From: a virus
Direction: 5' to 3' (one strand)
Virus record (IMG/VR): IMGVR_UViG_3300013093_000001
Coordinates: 1-64,000 of that record
DNA length: 64,000 nucleotides
This document shows positions 29,379 to 40,211 of this stretch, piece after piece. Numbering within the stretch: position 1 is the first letter of the stretch; each line of letters begins with the position of its first letter. The notes under the pieces were generated by a model. It was not told where the DNA came from. It made no database searches and saw only the letters and a list, made by a program, of their open reading frames with translations. A program made the translations under genes and the position numbers.

Positions 29379-29906
29379 TTGATGCAAGAAATCTGGCGTT
29401 CCATAGTTGATTGTCCTGGCTATGAAGTTAGCAATCGCGGCCGCGTCAGGTCAATTAACCGTGTCGGAGTAGATGGTCGTAGGGTACACGGACGTATCCT
29501 GACGGGTAGTCTTAGTGGGTCCACTGGTGCGCGCTTAACGGTCCGTCTTCATAGGCCAGACGGTACGGTCGCCAAGCGCTACATCCACAGCCTGGTACTT
29601 GAAGCCTTTATTGGTCCCAGGCCGCGTGGTTGCGTTGCTCGACATATCAACGATGATGGTATGAATAATGCCTTGTCGAACTTACGGTGGGGCACTAAAT
29701 CTCAGAACGGCTATGACGCGGTCGCCAACGGACGGCATGGAAACTCTACTAAGACCACCTGTCCTCGTGGTCACGCCTTAGCTGTACGGTGGGGAGAAAG
29801 CGGTGGTAGGCGGTGTCGAGAGTGCCAGCAGCAGCGGCAGGTGCTGCGGAGAAATAAAAAGAAACGCTCAATTGAGAAGAAAAAATCAACCGGGATGCTG
29901 GAATAA
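29379..29906 (+). CDS. NUMOD4-HNH homing endonuclease
   Basis: EIWR.I....GYEVSNRGRVRS; IHSLVLEAFIGPRP...RHIN....NN..SNLRWGT..QN; KT.CPRGH. Confidence 0.9.
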   Translation: MMQEIWRSIVDCPGYEVSNRGRVRSINRVGVDGRRVHGRILTGSLSGSTGARLTVRLHRPDGTVAKRYIHSLVLEAFIGPRPRGCVARHINDDGMNNALSNLRWGTKSQNGYDAVANGRHGNSTKTTCPRGHALAVRWGESGGRRCRECQQQRQVLRRNKKKRSIEKKKSTGMLE

Positions 29907-29913
29907 TATTGGT

Positions 29914-30231
29914 ATGACAAACGGCGACGGTGATGCTCTGACGGACCCCGTTAAAATAGCGGAGACATGCAGTGAGCTAGAAATGATGGCCCGTCCGCTG
30001 TGTGTACGGTGTAACACCCGACCAGCAGAGAGAATCGTGCGGCTTCACAGCGTCGTTACGCCTGGTGGGAACGTATGGTTGATGTGTCGTCATTGTGGAC
30101 AGAAAACCCTGGACACTATTTGTGTGGAGTTAGCGAACGCCGCATTCTGTACCAGCGGACCCCTTGTTTGTCACTGTTGTCAACAGATTGTCAACAGCGT
30201 GTATGACGTTTTTAGTATGGAGAAGCTATGA
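29914..30231 (+). CDS. Cys-rich hypothetical protein (possible zinc finger)
   Basis: Three CxxC pairs. Confidence 0.55.
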   Translation: MTNGDGDALTDPVKIAETCSELEMMARPLCVRCNTRPAERIVRLHSVVTPGGNVWLMCRHCGQKTLDTICVELANAAFCTSGPLVCHCCQQIVNSVYDVFSMEKL

Positions 30232-30391
30232 CTGACGATGACGTAAACTTCACCAGCGACATGATCTACTTCCGCGCGCTGGCAGAAGATGTGTATTTTA
30301 GGGTCGAGTACGGCGATGCCGTAGAACCTTTTCCAACTTACCTGTCTGATGACTTGCGTAACATGCGGTTAGCTTTGCCTGATCCAATGAC

Positions 30392-31018
30392 ATGACGCAG
30401 CCGCTATTTACCGATGAGGGCGAGGAGTACTACGCCGCCGCTTATGCCCATAACCGACCTTTCGCCACGCCCGGTCCATATAACACAACCCTGACACCAG
30501 ACCAGGAAAAAAACTTTCGCGCCTGGGTTGCTACGAGGAAGGTTCCATTCGATCCCGACGCAAGTGTCATCGACTATGATATGCGTGGGTTTTGGCGCGA
30601 TGACCCGTCAGAGGCACGCAAGTGGCGACGTGGCGAGCATTTCCCAGATACTTACAAAACACCGTATGACACGACCTTTAGTAACGAGTCTAAGTACGCA
30701 ACCAAAGACAATCCATTCAAGTGGGATGGTGACGGACCGGACGCGCACCTTGTCGATCAGCGTAACGGCCAGGTTATCTTCGCGCCACCACAGGATGACC
30801 GGCCAGCAAAAAAACCATCATCATTTTCCTCTGAGTCCGGTTACGGTACCCGCTGGTGGTTAGACGTGGTTCACAGAAACGGTCAGACTAGCCGAGCTCA
30901 ACTTCATATGGTTAGCACTGGTAACGGAGAAACACATTGGGAACTAGTGACACCACTGTCACCGGGTGACCGATTGAAGATAAGCGGACGCGGCACTATG
31001 AGCATCGACCGCAGCTAG
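30392..31018 (+). CDS. Hypothetical protein
   Basis: 208-aa ORF; DYDMRGFW...HFPDTYKTP...TFSNESKY block. Confidence 0.65.
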   Translation: MTQPLFTDEGEEYYAAAYAHNRPFATPGPYNTTLTPDQEKNFRAWVATRKVPFDPDASVIDYDMRGFWRDDPSEARKWRRGEHFPDTYKTPYDTTFSNESKYATKDNPFKWDGDGPDAHLVDQRNGQVIFAPPQDDRPAKKPSSFSSESGYGTRWWLDVVHRNGQTSRAQLHMVSTGNGETHWELVTPLSPGDRLKISGRGTMSIDRS

Positions 31019-31123
31019 GACCGTTTTTCTCGGCGCGCGTCCCATTCTTGTCGGTGGCCGCTGGTAGGTTTCTGTCTAGTACAACGGCAAACGGTCGTCA
31101 CCGGGATTCGGGAAGGTTGCATC

Positions 31124-31999
31124 ATGTTCAAAACGCAAACATTTATCCACGGAGAACCCGGATTTATAGCGCCGGGAAGCGAAGAACATGCCCAGTATAT
31201 CAGTCCCAGCAAAGTCGCCTCAATCTGTGGCGTCAGCCGCTGGGAAAGCGCCTACACGCTGTGGCATCGGATGAAAAATCTGATCCCACCGAAATCTCAC
31301 GTCGACATTTTTGACACTGGCATCGCTATGGAATTGGCGATGGCAGAGTTATGGAAGTTGCGAAACCCAGGATGGCGTGTATCCCGCGGAGAAGTCCAGT
31401 ATGTGACCGATGAGTTCGATTTCCCCGCGCTGGCGACCATTGACCGCCGCGTCAGCAAAGGCAGGGCAAAACATATTTTGGAGATGAAGATTGCGCGTGA
31501 CCTTGAGGGGTGGGGTGACCCTGACCTGTCAGGGGATGCGCCAGCGGACTACGTCCTGCAAGTAATCTGCCAGCAACTATTCACAGGTCTGCGTGCACCG
31601 GCCAATCTTATGGTTCTGGGTCCGTTTTTCACAGAGCGTGTCTACACCGTTGATTTTGATGTAGATGTCAGCAATTGGGTGATACATGAATGTACCAAGT
31701 TCTACAAGTCGCTGTCGGGTAGTCATGCCCCGGAACTTGATGACAGTGTGTCCACGTATCGTACGGTCAGGCAACTTCACACCAGTATCAACGGGTCCGT
31801 CGTTGAGATACCGGAGGAGCTGGCGACAGAGGTAAATAGCTTACGGCGGCAAATAGAGCCGCTGGAGTCCAGGCTGCGGGGCTGCCGGTCCCAACTCCTG
31901 GAATTGATGGGTGATGCCCAGTACGCCGAAGTCAATGGAGAAAGGATTGCAAGACGCCAACCCAATAGGAGTGGCGGCGTGTCACTGGTGATGGTCTAA
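31124..31999 (+). CDS. YqaJ/RecE-like exonuclease
   Basis: PGSEE..., ISPSKVASICGVSRW.S.Y.LW, ATIDR, LEMK, P.DY..QV..Q; adjacent to a RecT-like gene. Confidence 0.85.
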   Translation: MFKTQTFIHGEPGFIAPGSEEHAQYISPSKVASICGVSRWESAYTLWHRMKNLIPPKSHVDIFDTGIAMELAMAELWKLRNPGWRVSRGEVQYVTDEFDFPALATIDRRVSKGRAKHILEMKIARDLEGWGDPDLSGDAPADYVLQVICQQLFTGLRAPANLMVLGPFFTERVYTVDFDVDVSNWVIHECTKFYKSLSGSHAPELDDSVSTYRTVRQLHTSINGSVVEIPEELATEVNSLRRQIEPLESRLRGCRSQLLELMGDAQYAEVNGERIARRQPNRSGGVSLVMV

Positions 32000-32020
32000 C
32001 TAGGGAAAGGAAAGCAAGAC

Positions 32021-32932
32021 ATGAACGAAATTAGAGAATACAACGAACCGGTCCTGGACAGCCTGGGACCGCCAGATGATGTGTTTATTACACAGCCGAC
32101 AACCGGCGCATTGCAGCGCATGGAGGCAGAAGCACGAGCAATGAAGACGGCGTACACCATCGCCAGCAGTTTAAGTAAGACTGAGATGGTACCGGAGGCA
32201 TACCAGGCCGGTAAGCATGGTGAAAGCGCCGCCTACAACCTCTGTGCAGCAATCATGTATGGCGCAGAATTGGGTTTGTCTGCCGTCCAGTCCGCGCAGA
32301 ACATCTTCATTGTGCGGGGCAAACCGGCTATTTACAGCGTCACAATGGCAGCAGTCATTCGGCGCGCCGGTTTTGTCATTGAGGAGGTAGAAGCGACAGA
32401 TGAAAAGGTTGTGTGGAAAGGACTGCGCGACGGCGCGTGGGCCTTTTCAGAATGGACAATCGGTCGCGCTAAACTCGCCGGTTACACATCAAATAAACTG
32501 TATGAGACAAACCCCAAAGCAATGCTAAGGGCTAAATGTATTGCGGAATTGGCGCGTATAAAATTCCAAGACTGCATTACCGGTCTAGCGCATAGCATTG
32601 AGGAATTGCAGTTGGAAAACGTCACGGTACAGCGCGTAGTCAAACCGGCCAATGTCGTAAGAGGCGCGGCGGCGTTACGGCAAGCGGCTGCCGCATCCCA
32701 AGCGCCGGAACAACCGGTTGAGGAGCCAGAGGTGACGCCTGAGCCGGTAGAGCAGTGGATGATTTCCAAAATGCAAGTCGACAAGATTAGGAAACTGTAT
32801 CTACAAAAAGGCATAAAAGGTCAGGGTGTCATGGACGATGTTGCTGAGTTCCTACAGTTGGATTCTCCGCTCAAAGACCTCAATGACCTGTCCTTGGAGG
32901 ACGGGGACGCGGTCCTGGCTTACCTGTCGTGA
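32021..32932 (+). CDS. RecT-like single-strand annealing protein
   Basis: MVPEAY, AAIMYGAELGL...S.QNIF.V.GKP, RAK.AG, P..MLRA. Confidence 0.8.
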   Translation: MNEIREYNEPVLDSLGPPDDVFITQPTTGALQRMEAEARAMKTAYTIASSLSKTEMVPEAYQAGKHGESAAYNLCAAIMYGAELGLSAVQSAQNIFIVRGKPAIYSVTMAAVIRRAGFVIEEVEATDEKVVWKGLRDGAWAFSEWTIGRAKLAGYTSNKLYETNPKAMLRAKCIAELARIKFQDCITGLAHSIEELQLENVTVQRVVKPANVVRGAAALRQAAAASQAPEQPVEEPEVTPEPVEQWMISKMQVDKIRKLYLQKGIKGQGVMDDVAEFLQLDSPLKDLNDLSLEDGDAVLAYLS

Positions 32933-32943
32933 CCCAAGATGCA

Positions 32944-32978
32944 GCAGACCCCCGCCAGAAAGGGGTGGCGGGGGTCTG
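32944..32978 (+). terminator. Hairpin/likely terminator after recT-like gene
   Basis: GCAGACCCCCGCCA-GAAAGGGG-TGGCGGGGGTCTGT, starting about 10 nt after the stop codon. Confidence 0.6.
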
Positions 32979-33159
32979 TGTGCACCGGGTGATGCGCGTC
33001 CAGATTAGCACGCCAATAATCCGATAGCAAAACTTCTCAAAAAAACCTCCGTGGCTACTACCGCTGAGGGGGTCGGAGCTAGTACGCTACGGCGGTACCT
33101 AAAGGTACAAACCGGGTGACCTGCCAGAAGGGGTAACATGATGACTTGGGTTGACACAT

Positions 33160-33990
33160 ATGTGGTTTAACGTAGATGACCACCTACACAGCACGCCAGA
33201 ACTTTTTGAGATACCACGCCGTTTTCGTGCCGCCGCCGTTGGCGTGTGGACCCTGTGCGGCAGCTGGCTGTCGCAGCACTGCGCTGACTATGTACCGGAT
33301 GAGGTTGTTCGCGACTTCGGAGGTACGGCGGAAATCAGAGGTTGGCTAGTCCGTGCAGGTCTGTGGACAGAGACAGACAGGGGCATTGCGTACACGTCGC
33401 GTGGCTGCCGCGTACCGAACGCGCAAGCCGTACAGCAATCTCGCGCAGCGACTACGGAGCGGGTACGTAAGCACCGTGCAAACAAGCAAAAGGGCCCCGA
33501 CCAGCAGGTTGAGGCCGACGTAACGCCGTTACACCCTCCGGGACAGGGTGCGTTACTAACGCTGCACGACGGTATAGGTATTGGTAATGGGGTTGGTTCT
33601 TTAACTAAACCTACTTCTTCTAAAGCTGTCGTTACGTTCAGGGGTACGTCACCAGGCGGTCCTCTAGCTGAGGCGAGAGTGTTGGTGCAGCAAGCCCTGG
33701 TAGGGCTGAGTTATTTTGGGCGCAAGCAGCGCAAGGCGCTTGAGGACAAAACACTGGAATTGCTGGGCGACGGCGCTAAGCCGGAGGACTTGGCAGAGGC
33801 TTTGCGGATTTGGGTTCAGACTGATGACGTATACCCAGGCCACTTGTCTCACATGTATACGGAGCTAATGAAAAGACGTAGTGGTGTGACACGCTCACGG
33901 TCGGCAAGTAATATTGACCATTCCTTTCAGCAATTGGCCGACTTGGACCGGCGTTACGCCGCAGAATCAGAAAGCGGGTCGTCAATATGA
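33160..33990 (+). CDS. Replication initiator (RepA/lambda O-like) protein
   Basis: WFNVDD...A.GVWTLCGSW...LV.AGLW N-terminus and RVRKHR basic helix, typical of actinophage initiators. Confidence 0.65.
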   Translation: MWFNVDDHLHSTPELFEIPRRFRAAAVGVWTLCGSWLSQHCADYVPDEVVRDFGGTAEIRGWLVRAGLWTETDRGIAYTSRGCRVPNAQAVQQSRAATTERVRKHRANKQKGPDQQVEADVTPLHPPGQGALLTLHDGIGIGNGVGSLTKPTSSKAVVTFRGTSPGGPLAEARVLVQQALVGLSYFGRKQRKALEDKTLELLGDGAKPEDLAEALRIWVQTDDVYPGHLSHMYTELMKRRSGVTRSRSASNIDHSFQQLADLDRRYAAESESGSSI

Positions 33991-34120
33991 GAAAGTTTTT
34001 AAGCAGTTTTAAGGTCAGCAGCATATTAGATATTTTATGGCCGGACTTTACTTTCTGGTCAACAAAGAAACCGACGCAACGCGAAGAGCCTGGTTTGTTG
34101 GATAAGAAAAGGCCGCAAAA

Positions 34121-34495
34121 GTGAATAACGTCCCGGCAAAGGCTAAGGAAGAATTAGGCTTTAAGCGAATGGCTGTCAGGGTTATTGCGAAAGCCAAAGC
34201 ATATGATGCCAGGGTTTCGGTGGGAGATGAGAACTCAGCTGATGCCAAGGTAGAGGCGTGGGCAGAACACTTCGCGTTAACGCGCTGTGATGATCTGAGT
34301 GACCTGTTGGCGGCAGTTGCACAGTTCTACCTCCAACCACGCGACCGCGTCGTCCAACCCGCCGACATCACCAGTATCGTCAAGGCCAACCGGCGCGACT
34401 GGCTTGACCGCCAATCCGTACCGCAGTCGGTACCGGCGAATGAGGACAGGCGACTGGCGCTGATGGGTGAAATCAGAAAACACTTTAGTATGTGA
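34121..34495 (+). CDS. Hypothetical protein, possible helicase loader
   Basis: AYD.R...VEAW...AV..FY...QPADI pattern; follows the initiator. Confidence 0.5.
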   Translation: MNNVPAKAKEELGFKRMAVRVIAKAKAYDARVSVGDENSADAKVEAWAEHFALTRCDDLSDLLAAVAQFYLQPRDRVVQPADITSIVKANRRDWLDRQSVPQSVPANEDRRLALMGEIRKHFSM

Positions 34496-35526
34496 CTATG
34501 CGAGTAGGGCTGATAGCACGTTCAGATAACACCGGCCTGGGTAACCAAACTTATGAATTTTTTTCGCACGTCAAACCAGCTAAAACACTCGTCGTAACGC
34601 TGTACGCCAAAAAGTTGACAGAGCACGTTGAGCGCTACCCCGACAGCCCGACAACCCACACCCCCAACGCGGCTCAGATACACCGATTCCTCGACGGCCT
34701 CGACATCGTTTACACGGCAGAAACGCCCTATAACCATGAGTTATACAGTTTTGCGCGAGACAAGGGCATCCACACCATCGAACACTCAAACTATGAGTTC
34801 CTGGGCTACCCGCAGCGGTTCACGGAAGCTCCGAAACCGAGCATCTTTGCAGCGCCTAGCGCGTGGCACTTCAATGACTTTCCGGAACCCAAAGTATTCC
34901 TCCCTGTGCCCATAGCAACCCGCCGATTCAAACGCAAAAAGAAAGTGAAAGGTCCGGCCTCGCGATTCCTGCATGTCATTGGACACCCCGCAACCAACGA
35001 CCGCAACGGAACAAAAGACTTGCTGGCAGCACTCCCCTTCATTACGTCCGATGTCACGGTCACTTTGACATGCCAGTCCAGCAAATACATCCCCGAAATC
35101 GGGCCACTCCCCTCCAATGTCACAGTTCACAAGCGGTGTGGAGATGTGGAGAACTACTGGGAGTTGTACGACGGTCAAGACGTGCTGATTTTGCCGCGCA
35201 GATATGGTGGTCTATGCCTACCGGCGCAGGAATCTATCGGTGCAGGGATGCCGGTCATCATGCCGGACGTATCACCTAACCAATGGCTACCGCTGCAATG
35301 GAGGACACCGGCTAAGCAGTCAGGGGAACTGATGGTACGTCGGTCATTCACAACCTACAAGACGGACCCCGTTGATCTTGCGGCTAAAATCGACTCCTTC
35401 TGCGACTTAGACTTCTACCGCAATGCCATGCACGAAGTGGACAACTTGCGAGAGGAATACAGCTGGGACGCGCTGCTGCCCGTTTACCATCAAGTCTTTG
35501 CAGACACCCTGTCGCGGCAACCCTGA
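34492..35526 (+). CDS. Glycosyltransferase (GT-B)
   Basis: GLGNQT, DRNGT..LL.A, DVLILP.RYGGLCLPAQE..GAGMPVI..D, YSW. Confidence 0.85.
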   Translation: MTMRVGLIARSDNTGLGNQTYEFFSHVKPAKTLVVTLYAKKLTEHVERYPDSPTTHTPNAAQIHRFLDGLDIVYTAETPYNHELYSFARDKGIHTIEHSNYEFLGYPQRFTEAPKPSIFAAPSAWHFNDFPEPKVFLPVPIATRRFKRKKKVKGPASRFLHVIGHPATNDRNGTKDLLAALPFITSDVTVTLTCQSSKYIPEIGPLPSNVTVHKRCGDVENYWELYDGQDVLILPRRYGGLCLPAQESIGAGMPVIMPDVSPNQWLPLQWRTPAKQSGELMVRRSFTTYKTDPVDLAAKIDSFCDLDFYRNAMHEVDNLREEYSWDALLPVYHQVFADTLSRQP

Positions 35527-35565
35527 AAAAGTAGGCCCAAATGGCCTGTAACGAGATTAAATGCG

Positions 35566-36080
35566 TCAGGTGGCCGCAGACCCCAACAGTTGCGACAGGA
35601 TGTCTGGTGGGGAACCTAAGACCAACCGGTCCTCCCCGCCAACCAAAGAGATCGCTGAGCAATCAACCATCGGAGAACCCCAGTCATCCTCACCCACAAG
35701 TATTGATACAACGTGGTCGGTGTTGACCCACCAATCCCCACCCGCCACCAGCTTCAGCTGACACCAGGCCATCAGGGTTCCTGCGGGTTATTTCCGTAGT
35801 CGGCAAGCATCCACAGCGCTTCCTGTAACTTGCTTTCCTCGCGCTGGAAACTGAGTTCCCAAGCGAGTCTCATGACAGTGGCTAAACGGTAATCAGTCAC
35901 CCGGCGCAGCAACAGCATCAGGTCACCGTGAACCCCTACCGGTACCTGCTGTGGTGAACCGCTATGGATCACTGTTGCCAGGTGCGGTCCATCGTGACCG
36001 ACCGGCAAACCACAATTTCTCGCAGGATCGATATTGATTGAAGCGCCGCAGGAAGAGTCCGGAAATGAATCCTCGTTCAT
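35566..36080 (-). CDS. Two small hypothetical proteins (35566..35772 and 35772..36080)
   Basis: Coupled stop/start at 35772. Confidence 0.5.
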
Positions 36081-36120
36081 GCCAGTGGTCCAATCGGTCC
36101 GTTTGCCGTATTCTGGCTTC

Positions 36121-36444
36121 ATGCTACATGAATCCTGGTCAACAATACCTGGGTATGAGGGCCAGTACGAGATTTCCGACTGGGGCCGCTGCCGATCAAT
36201 CGACCGGGTCGTCAAAGGACGTGACGGCTCAACCCGGTGGATTCAAGGTAAGATCATCAAACCTCATGCGCGGCGTGACGGCGTCATCGTCGTAAACCTG
36301 TGGCGGGAGAGCAAATACCGACAGAAGCAACTGCGCCGACTGGTACTTGAGGTCTTTGACCAGCCGCAACCAGCCGGTCAGGATGCGCGTAACTTAGACG
36401 GAGATCCTCACAATAACCGCCGCGACAACCTCACATGGTCGTAG
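36121..36444 (+). CDS. NUMOD4/HNH endonuclease, short and possibly degenerate
   Basis: W..IPGYEGQYEISDWGRCRS.DR. The HNH part ends at NLDGDPHNNRRDNLTWS-stop and lacks the usual His. Antisense to its neighbours. Confidence 0.7.
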   Translation: MLHESWSTIPGYEGQYEISDWGRCRSIDRVVKGRDGSTRWIQGKIIKPHARRDGVIVVNLWRESKYRQKQLRRLVLEVFDQPQPAGQDARNLDGDPHNNRRDNLTWS

Positions 36445-38773
36445 TCGGAGAATACTGCAACCGCCACTCGTACAGGTCTTTCTTGTGGGCATCTGCGCGT
36501 AAAATCTCGTCAATAAGTTTGATGACCTCGTCGGATGTTTTGCAGGTGAAAAACAACTCATCAGCTTCACTCCAACCTAGACCGAGAATTTCAGTCGCGT
36601 AGTCCTTGACATTACGCACTGATTTATTAGGCAGGACGCAATAGTCGGTTACGATACTGCCGTCCACGCGCAGATTTAAAAGCTCCTCCTTAAAAGCTAA
36701 TTGGGCACCAGAGTTGACGACGGTCCAGCCTGCTGCACATGCGGTTGTCGGACAGGATGCCGTCAACCACTTGACTGGCTCGCCGTAATAAGTTCCCGAC
36801 TCAATTTCATCGGCATTGTCCATGTCATCGCGGGACAATTTACCCCAACTGGCCTGGTCATGCGTACCTGCTTTCGCTGCGGCAACAATTGTTGCCCGCA
36901 ACTTCTTCAAGGCCGGAATGTTGTAGTCAGCCATTTGCTTCCTTTCTATTTACGCGGCTGCCGTTTGCCGCCGCATACCAATTATGACCGTCCCTGCTGT
37001 TAATCGCAATTGTTGAGAACGCGCTTTACGCGCTCTGGGTAAAAAGAGCGGTAACTATAGTGACCGGGCATACCACCCACGAATGTCAGCGACAGTCGTC
37101 CATCTTTCGACCACGTCGGATAGAGAAATGTGAATTTTCCGCGAACACCGGAAATTGTCATCACAGTTCCAGGACCGACAGCCTTGCCCTTAATTCTCAA
37201 TTCGGCCATCGGATTCTCCGTTCACCAACCTGTATATGACCGTATCGCATCTAATAATTACTTCTTCAATAATTCCACGCTTGACCAAACCAGCGAGCAG
37301 TTGCCTGTCCCTGTATGTCTTCCTCCATTGCGGCAGGTAATAACCTCTGCCGTAGCGCAGCATTTTTTCAATCATCTTCTGCTGCGCTTGACCCAGGCCA
37401 CTACCCATGCGTGTCTGAAACAGGTTGCGACATGTCATGCTCTGGATCATCGAAAAACCAACCCTGGTCGGGGGCATATTCCGACGGGCCGGTATATTTT
37501 GATGGACGACTCGCCTGCTCCCAGCAACTTTTATGCCAGACACTAGGATCATCTGCGTCGATGCTGATTGGTCGACCGTTGAGGTTGCCGTAGCCGTCGT
37601 ACTCTCCCACCAGCAGGCTGCCATCTGGGGTTAACGCCACTGCATCAACCATCCAGCGGTTTATGTTGTTAGCCGCCATGTGACTGAGCAAAGGGTGGCG
37701 ACAGTCATTGCATAACCAGGAAAAGAATCCCATTTTCCCTCCATATTCAAGGTGGTCCGGTGCACCCTACCTGGGACGGGAGTAGGTGTCCCAGGTAGGG
37801 GCCCGACCGGCCATGCGCTTCCCCGCGCACAACCGGGGTCATTGGACGTGCTTCGCTAACTGCTTCGCCGCCGCCGTCACCGGTCGGTTGACTTGTCGCT
37901 CTGCGTGGACAACCTTGGGTGCCTTGACCCGCAGGGTGGCCTTAAACGCCTGCTCCGCAGCAAGCCAATCAGCTAGCTTTTCGTGGTACTTGGCTTCCTC
38001 CTCTAACCACTGCTGACATTTGACAGAATGTGTACGCTCAGCGACCAGCCACTCGGCTATAGCCTTTTCATTGGCTTTTGCTTCCCTGGATTTAATCCAT
38101 TCCAGGGTCTTCGTGTGTAACTCATGTCCACCACACACGCTGTTCGCGCAACAAACATGAGAGTGGGTGTTGTCTTTGTAATATGTTTCCCCGCAGGGGT
38201 CGCAACCTGCTGGGCAGGTTGGCGTCTTGTCGCCGGTCCAACCCATGCACCGCAAGTATTGCCTCATTGCGCCATGTCCAATGGTCCGTATGCGTTGTAG
38301 GGCAGGTCTTGGACAGTCAAAACTTCCTCCCACCGGTACCGGACACCGTCCGGTGTGACAGCCTCATGCGGTCCGTCATGCTCATAAACCCTGTCACCGC
38401 AACCACATGTCAAAGACTCAAAAAACACGCTAATAAAGCAGCAGACACCATCAGGGTGTACCGCTCCGCAGTCGCGGGTAGCCAACGCCACCCCATCACC
38501 ACCGTGGGTAACCAGCGCCGCAGTTTCCTGCAACGCCACAATCACAGGGTCCACAACAACCGGTTCGACCGGCTGCTCCGGCTCATGCTTTTTTAACGTC
38601 GCCGGTCGCCGGGCCGGGTCTGTGTGAGGTACCCGTATAGTCCACGCATCTACGTGGACCGCCTGGTGCATAACAAACCCACGTCCAGCTAACTCGTCAC
38701 CTACAGCTTGGAAGCTGTTGGCTCTAATGCGCGTCCTGCCATAAACAGCCTCAAAGGCATGTTTGTCGTCCAT
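36431..38773 (-). CDS. Run of leftward hypothetical genes (36431..36934, 37000..37209, ~37190..37408, 37401..37733, 37839..~38277, 38264..38773)
   Basis: Co-oriented ORFs with RBSs or overlaps; no function recognised. Confidence 0.55.
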
Positions 38774-38859
38774 TACCTACTCCCTGATCTACTCCCTGTC
38801 GGCTGCCGTTTTGCCGCCGTACCACCATTATGGCCGACACCCCCAGCCACTCACAACCC

Positions 38860-39801
38860 CTAATTCTGCGTTACCACATCCAGTATCGTCTGCCAACGGT
38901 GCAGGTAGGTGTGCTTTTCGCGGACCAGGTTGTGCCCAGCGATTCGTATAGACTCCCGTTCCTCGTCGGCGGCGACGTAATAATCAATTACGTCCCGCAG
39001 TTGATCGAAGTCACCGAAGTCGTAGTAGACCAGATGCCGCTTGTCAACAAATGACTTCTCCAAGCCCGAGATTTTAGGCATAATGAGGAAACCCCCGCGA
39101 CCCATGCATTCATAAACCCGGTCACTCCAATAATCGGGGTAGCTGAAGTGTTGGCAGAGGCTGTCGCCAACCGCCACCTTGGCATTGCCGTACACCCTGT
39201 TGAGTGCTGTTGACCGAACCGTCTTGATGCCGTCACCGCCGTAATGCCTGAATCTCTTGCCATAGGTTGTTGCCAACCAGTCAATCAGCTGCGGTCGGTA
39301 CGGCCACTCCTCGTGATAGCCGCGGCTGCCGACGAAGACAACATCAAAGGGATCGTCCCTGGTGATGTCGCGATAGCAGTCGCTGTGAAAAACACCGGCA
39401 GGTAGGTAGTGGCCCTTAACGGCGGTGTTGTTATTCAACCATTCTGCCATCAGACGGTCAGCGGTGAAGAAGTGATCCACCGTCCAGTAGGGCTCTGCTC
39501 CCATGTCCCGCTGCCGCTGTAAACCCATCCACAAGTCCAAGTGGTAGGTCACTACCGGGACACCGCAGTCGCGAATGCGATCCAGCGCCAACTCCATGCC
39601 AGGGGTGTCCCAGCCGTGGGTGTGAACCCACACCAACATATCTGCGCCTTGACAGGCTGTAACGACCTCGCGCCACGTCACCCTACGCTCCTGTAGCCGG
39701 GTAACGGTGTAACCTAACTCCTCCAAGCTGGCGGCGTGGTGATTTTCGCTGCTATACGAAACATCGAAATTGCCCAGGAAAGCAATCCTGCGGCTCACCA
39801 C
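38860..39801 (-). CDS. Glycosyltransferase (CgeB/Glyco_trans_1_2-like)
   Basis: DVVFVGS..Y...R..LI..L, LN.VY..AKV..G, YWSDRVYE..G.GGFL, R..I...G...V..KHTY.HR. Confidence 0.88.
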   Translation of the reverse strand: MVSRRIAFLGNFDVSYSSENHHAASLEELGYTVTRLQERRVTWREVVTACQGADMLVWVHTHGWDTPGMELALDRIRDCGVPVVTYHLDLWMGLQRQRDMGAEPYWTVDHFFTADRLMAEWLNNNTAVKGHYLPAGVFHSDCYRDITRDDPFDVVFVGSRGYHEEWPYRPQLIDWLATTYGKRFRHYGGDGIKTVRSTALNRVYGNAKVAVGDSLCQHFSYPDYWSDRVYECMGRGGFLIMPKISGLEKSFVDKRHLVYYDFGDFDQLRDVIDYYVAADEERESIRIAGHNLVREKHTYLHRWQTILDVVTQN

Positions 39802-40211
39802 ACCTCACTCGGTTGTCCAATGTCCAAGACGGGTGCATCACTGCCGCGACGTATATTGCAGTCCAAATGAGAGGCTGCCCAGTTGGACACGTCCATCAAC
39901 AAATCTGGACGCTCCTTCGCGGTAAGGATGTGATCTACACTCCACGATAAAGGGTGCGGGTATGCCAACTTGTAGTCGATGGCATTGCCGCAAAGCCAGC
40001 ACGGCTTACCCACCACCCCCTCCGGGCTTCTGAAGCGTGCACACTCATCACGAAAATCTTTTTTCCTGGCTTTGTACTGCGGCGACTCACGCAGAGAACG
40101 GATTTTCGATGCGTTGACTGACGCCGCAGTTTTCGGTACTGGTGGCGCTGACTCGGGGGTGTCGTCTAGCTCATCCATGCCTACCCCGCTTGCGGGATGC
40201 TTTGCCGCCAA
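39795..40211 (-). CDS. HNH endonuclease (packaging-associated type)
   Basis: CWLCG..IDY...SVDH.......P.L..D..N..ASH..CN..RG. Confidence 0.85.
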   Translation of the reverse strand: MAAKHPASGVGMDELDDTPESAPPVPKTAASVNASKIRSLRESPQYKARKKDFRDECARFRSPEGVVGKPCWLCGNAIDYKLAYPHPLSWSVDHILTAKERPDLLMDVSNWAASHLDCNIRRGSDAPVLDIGQPSEVW

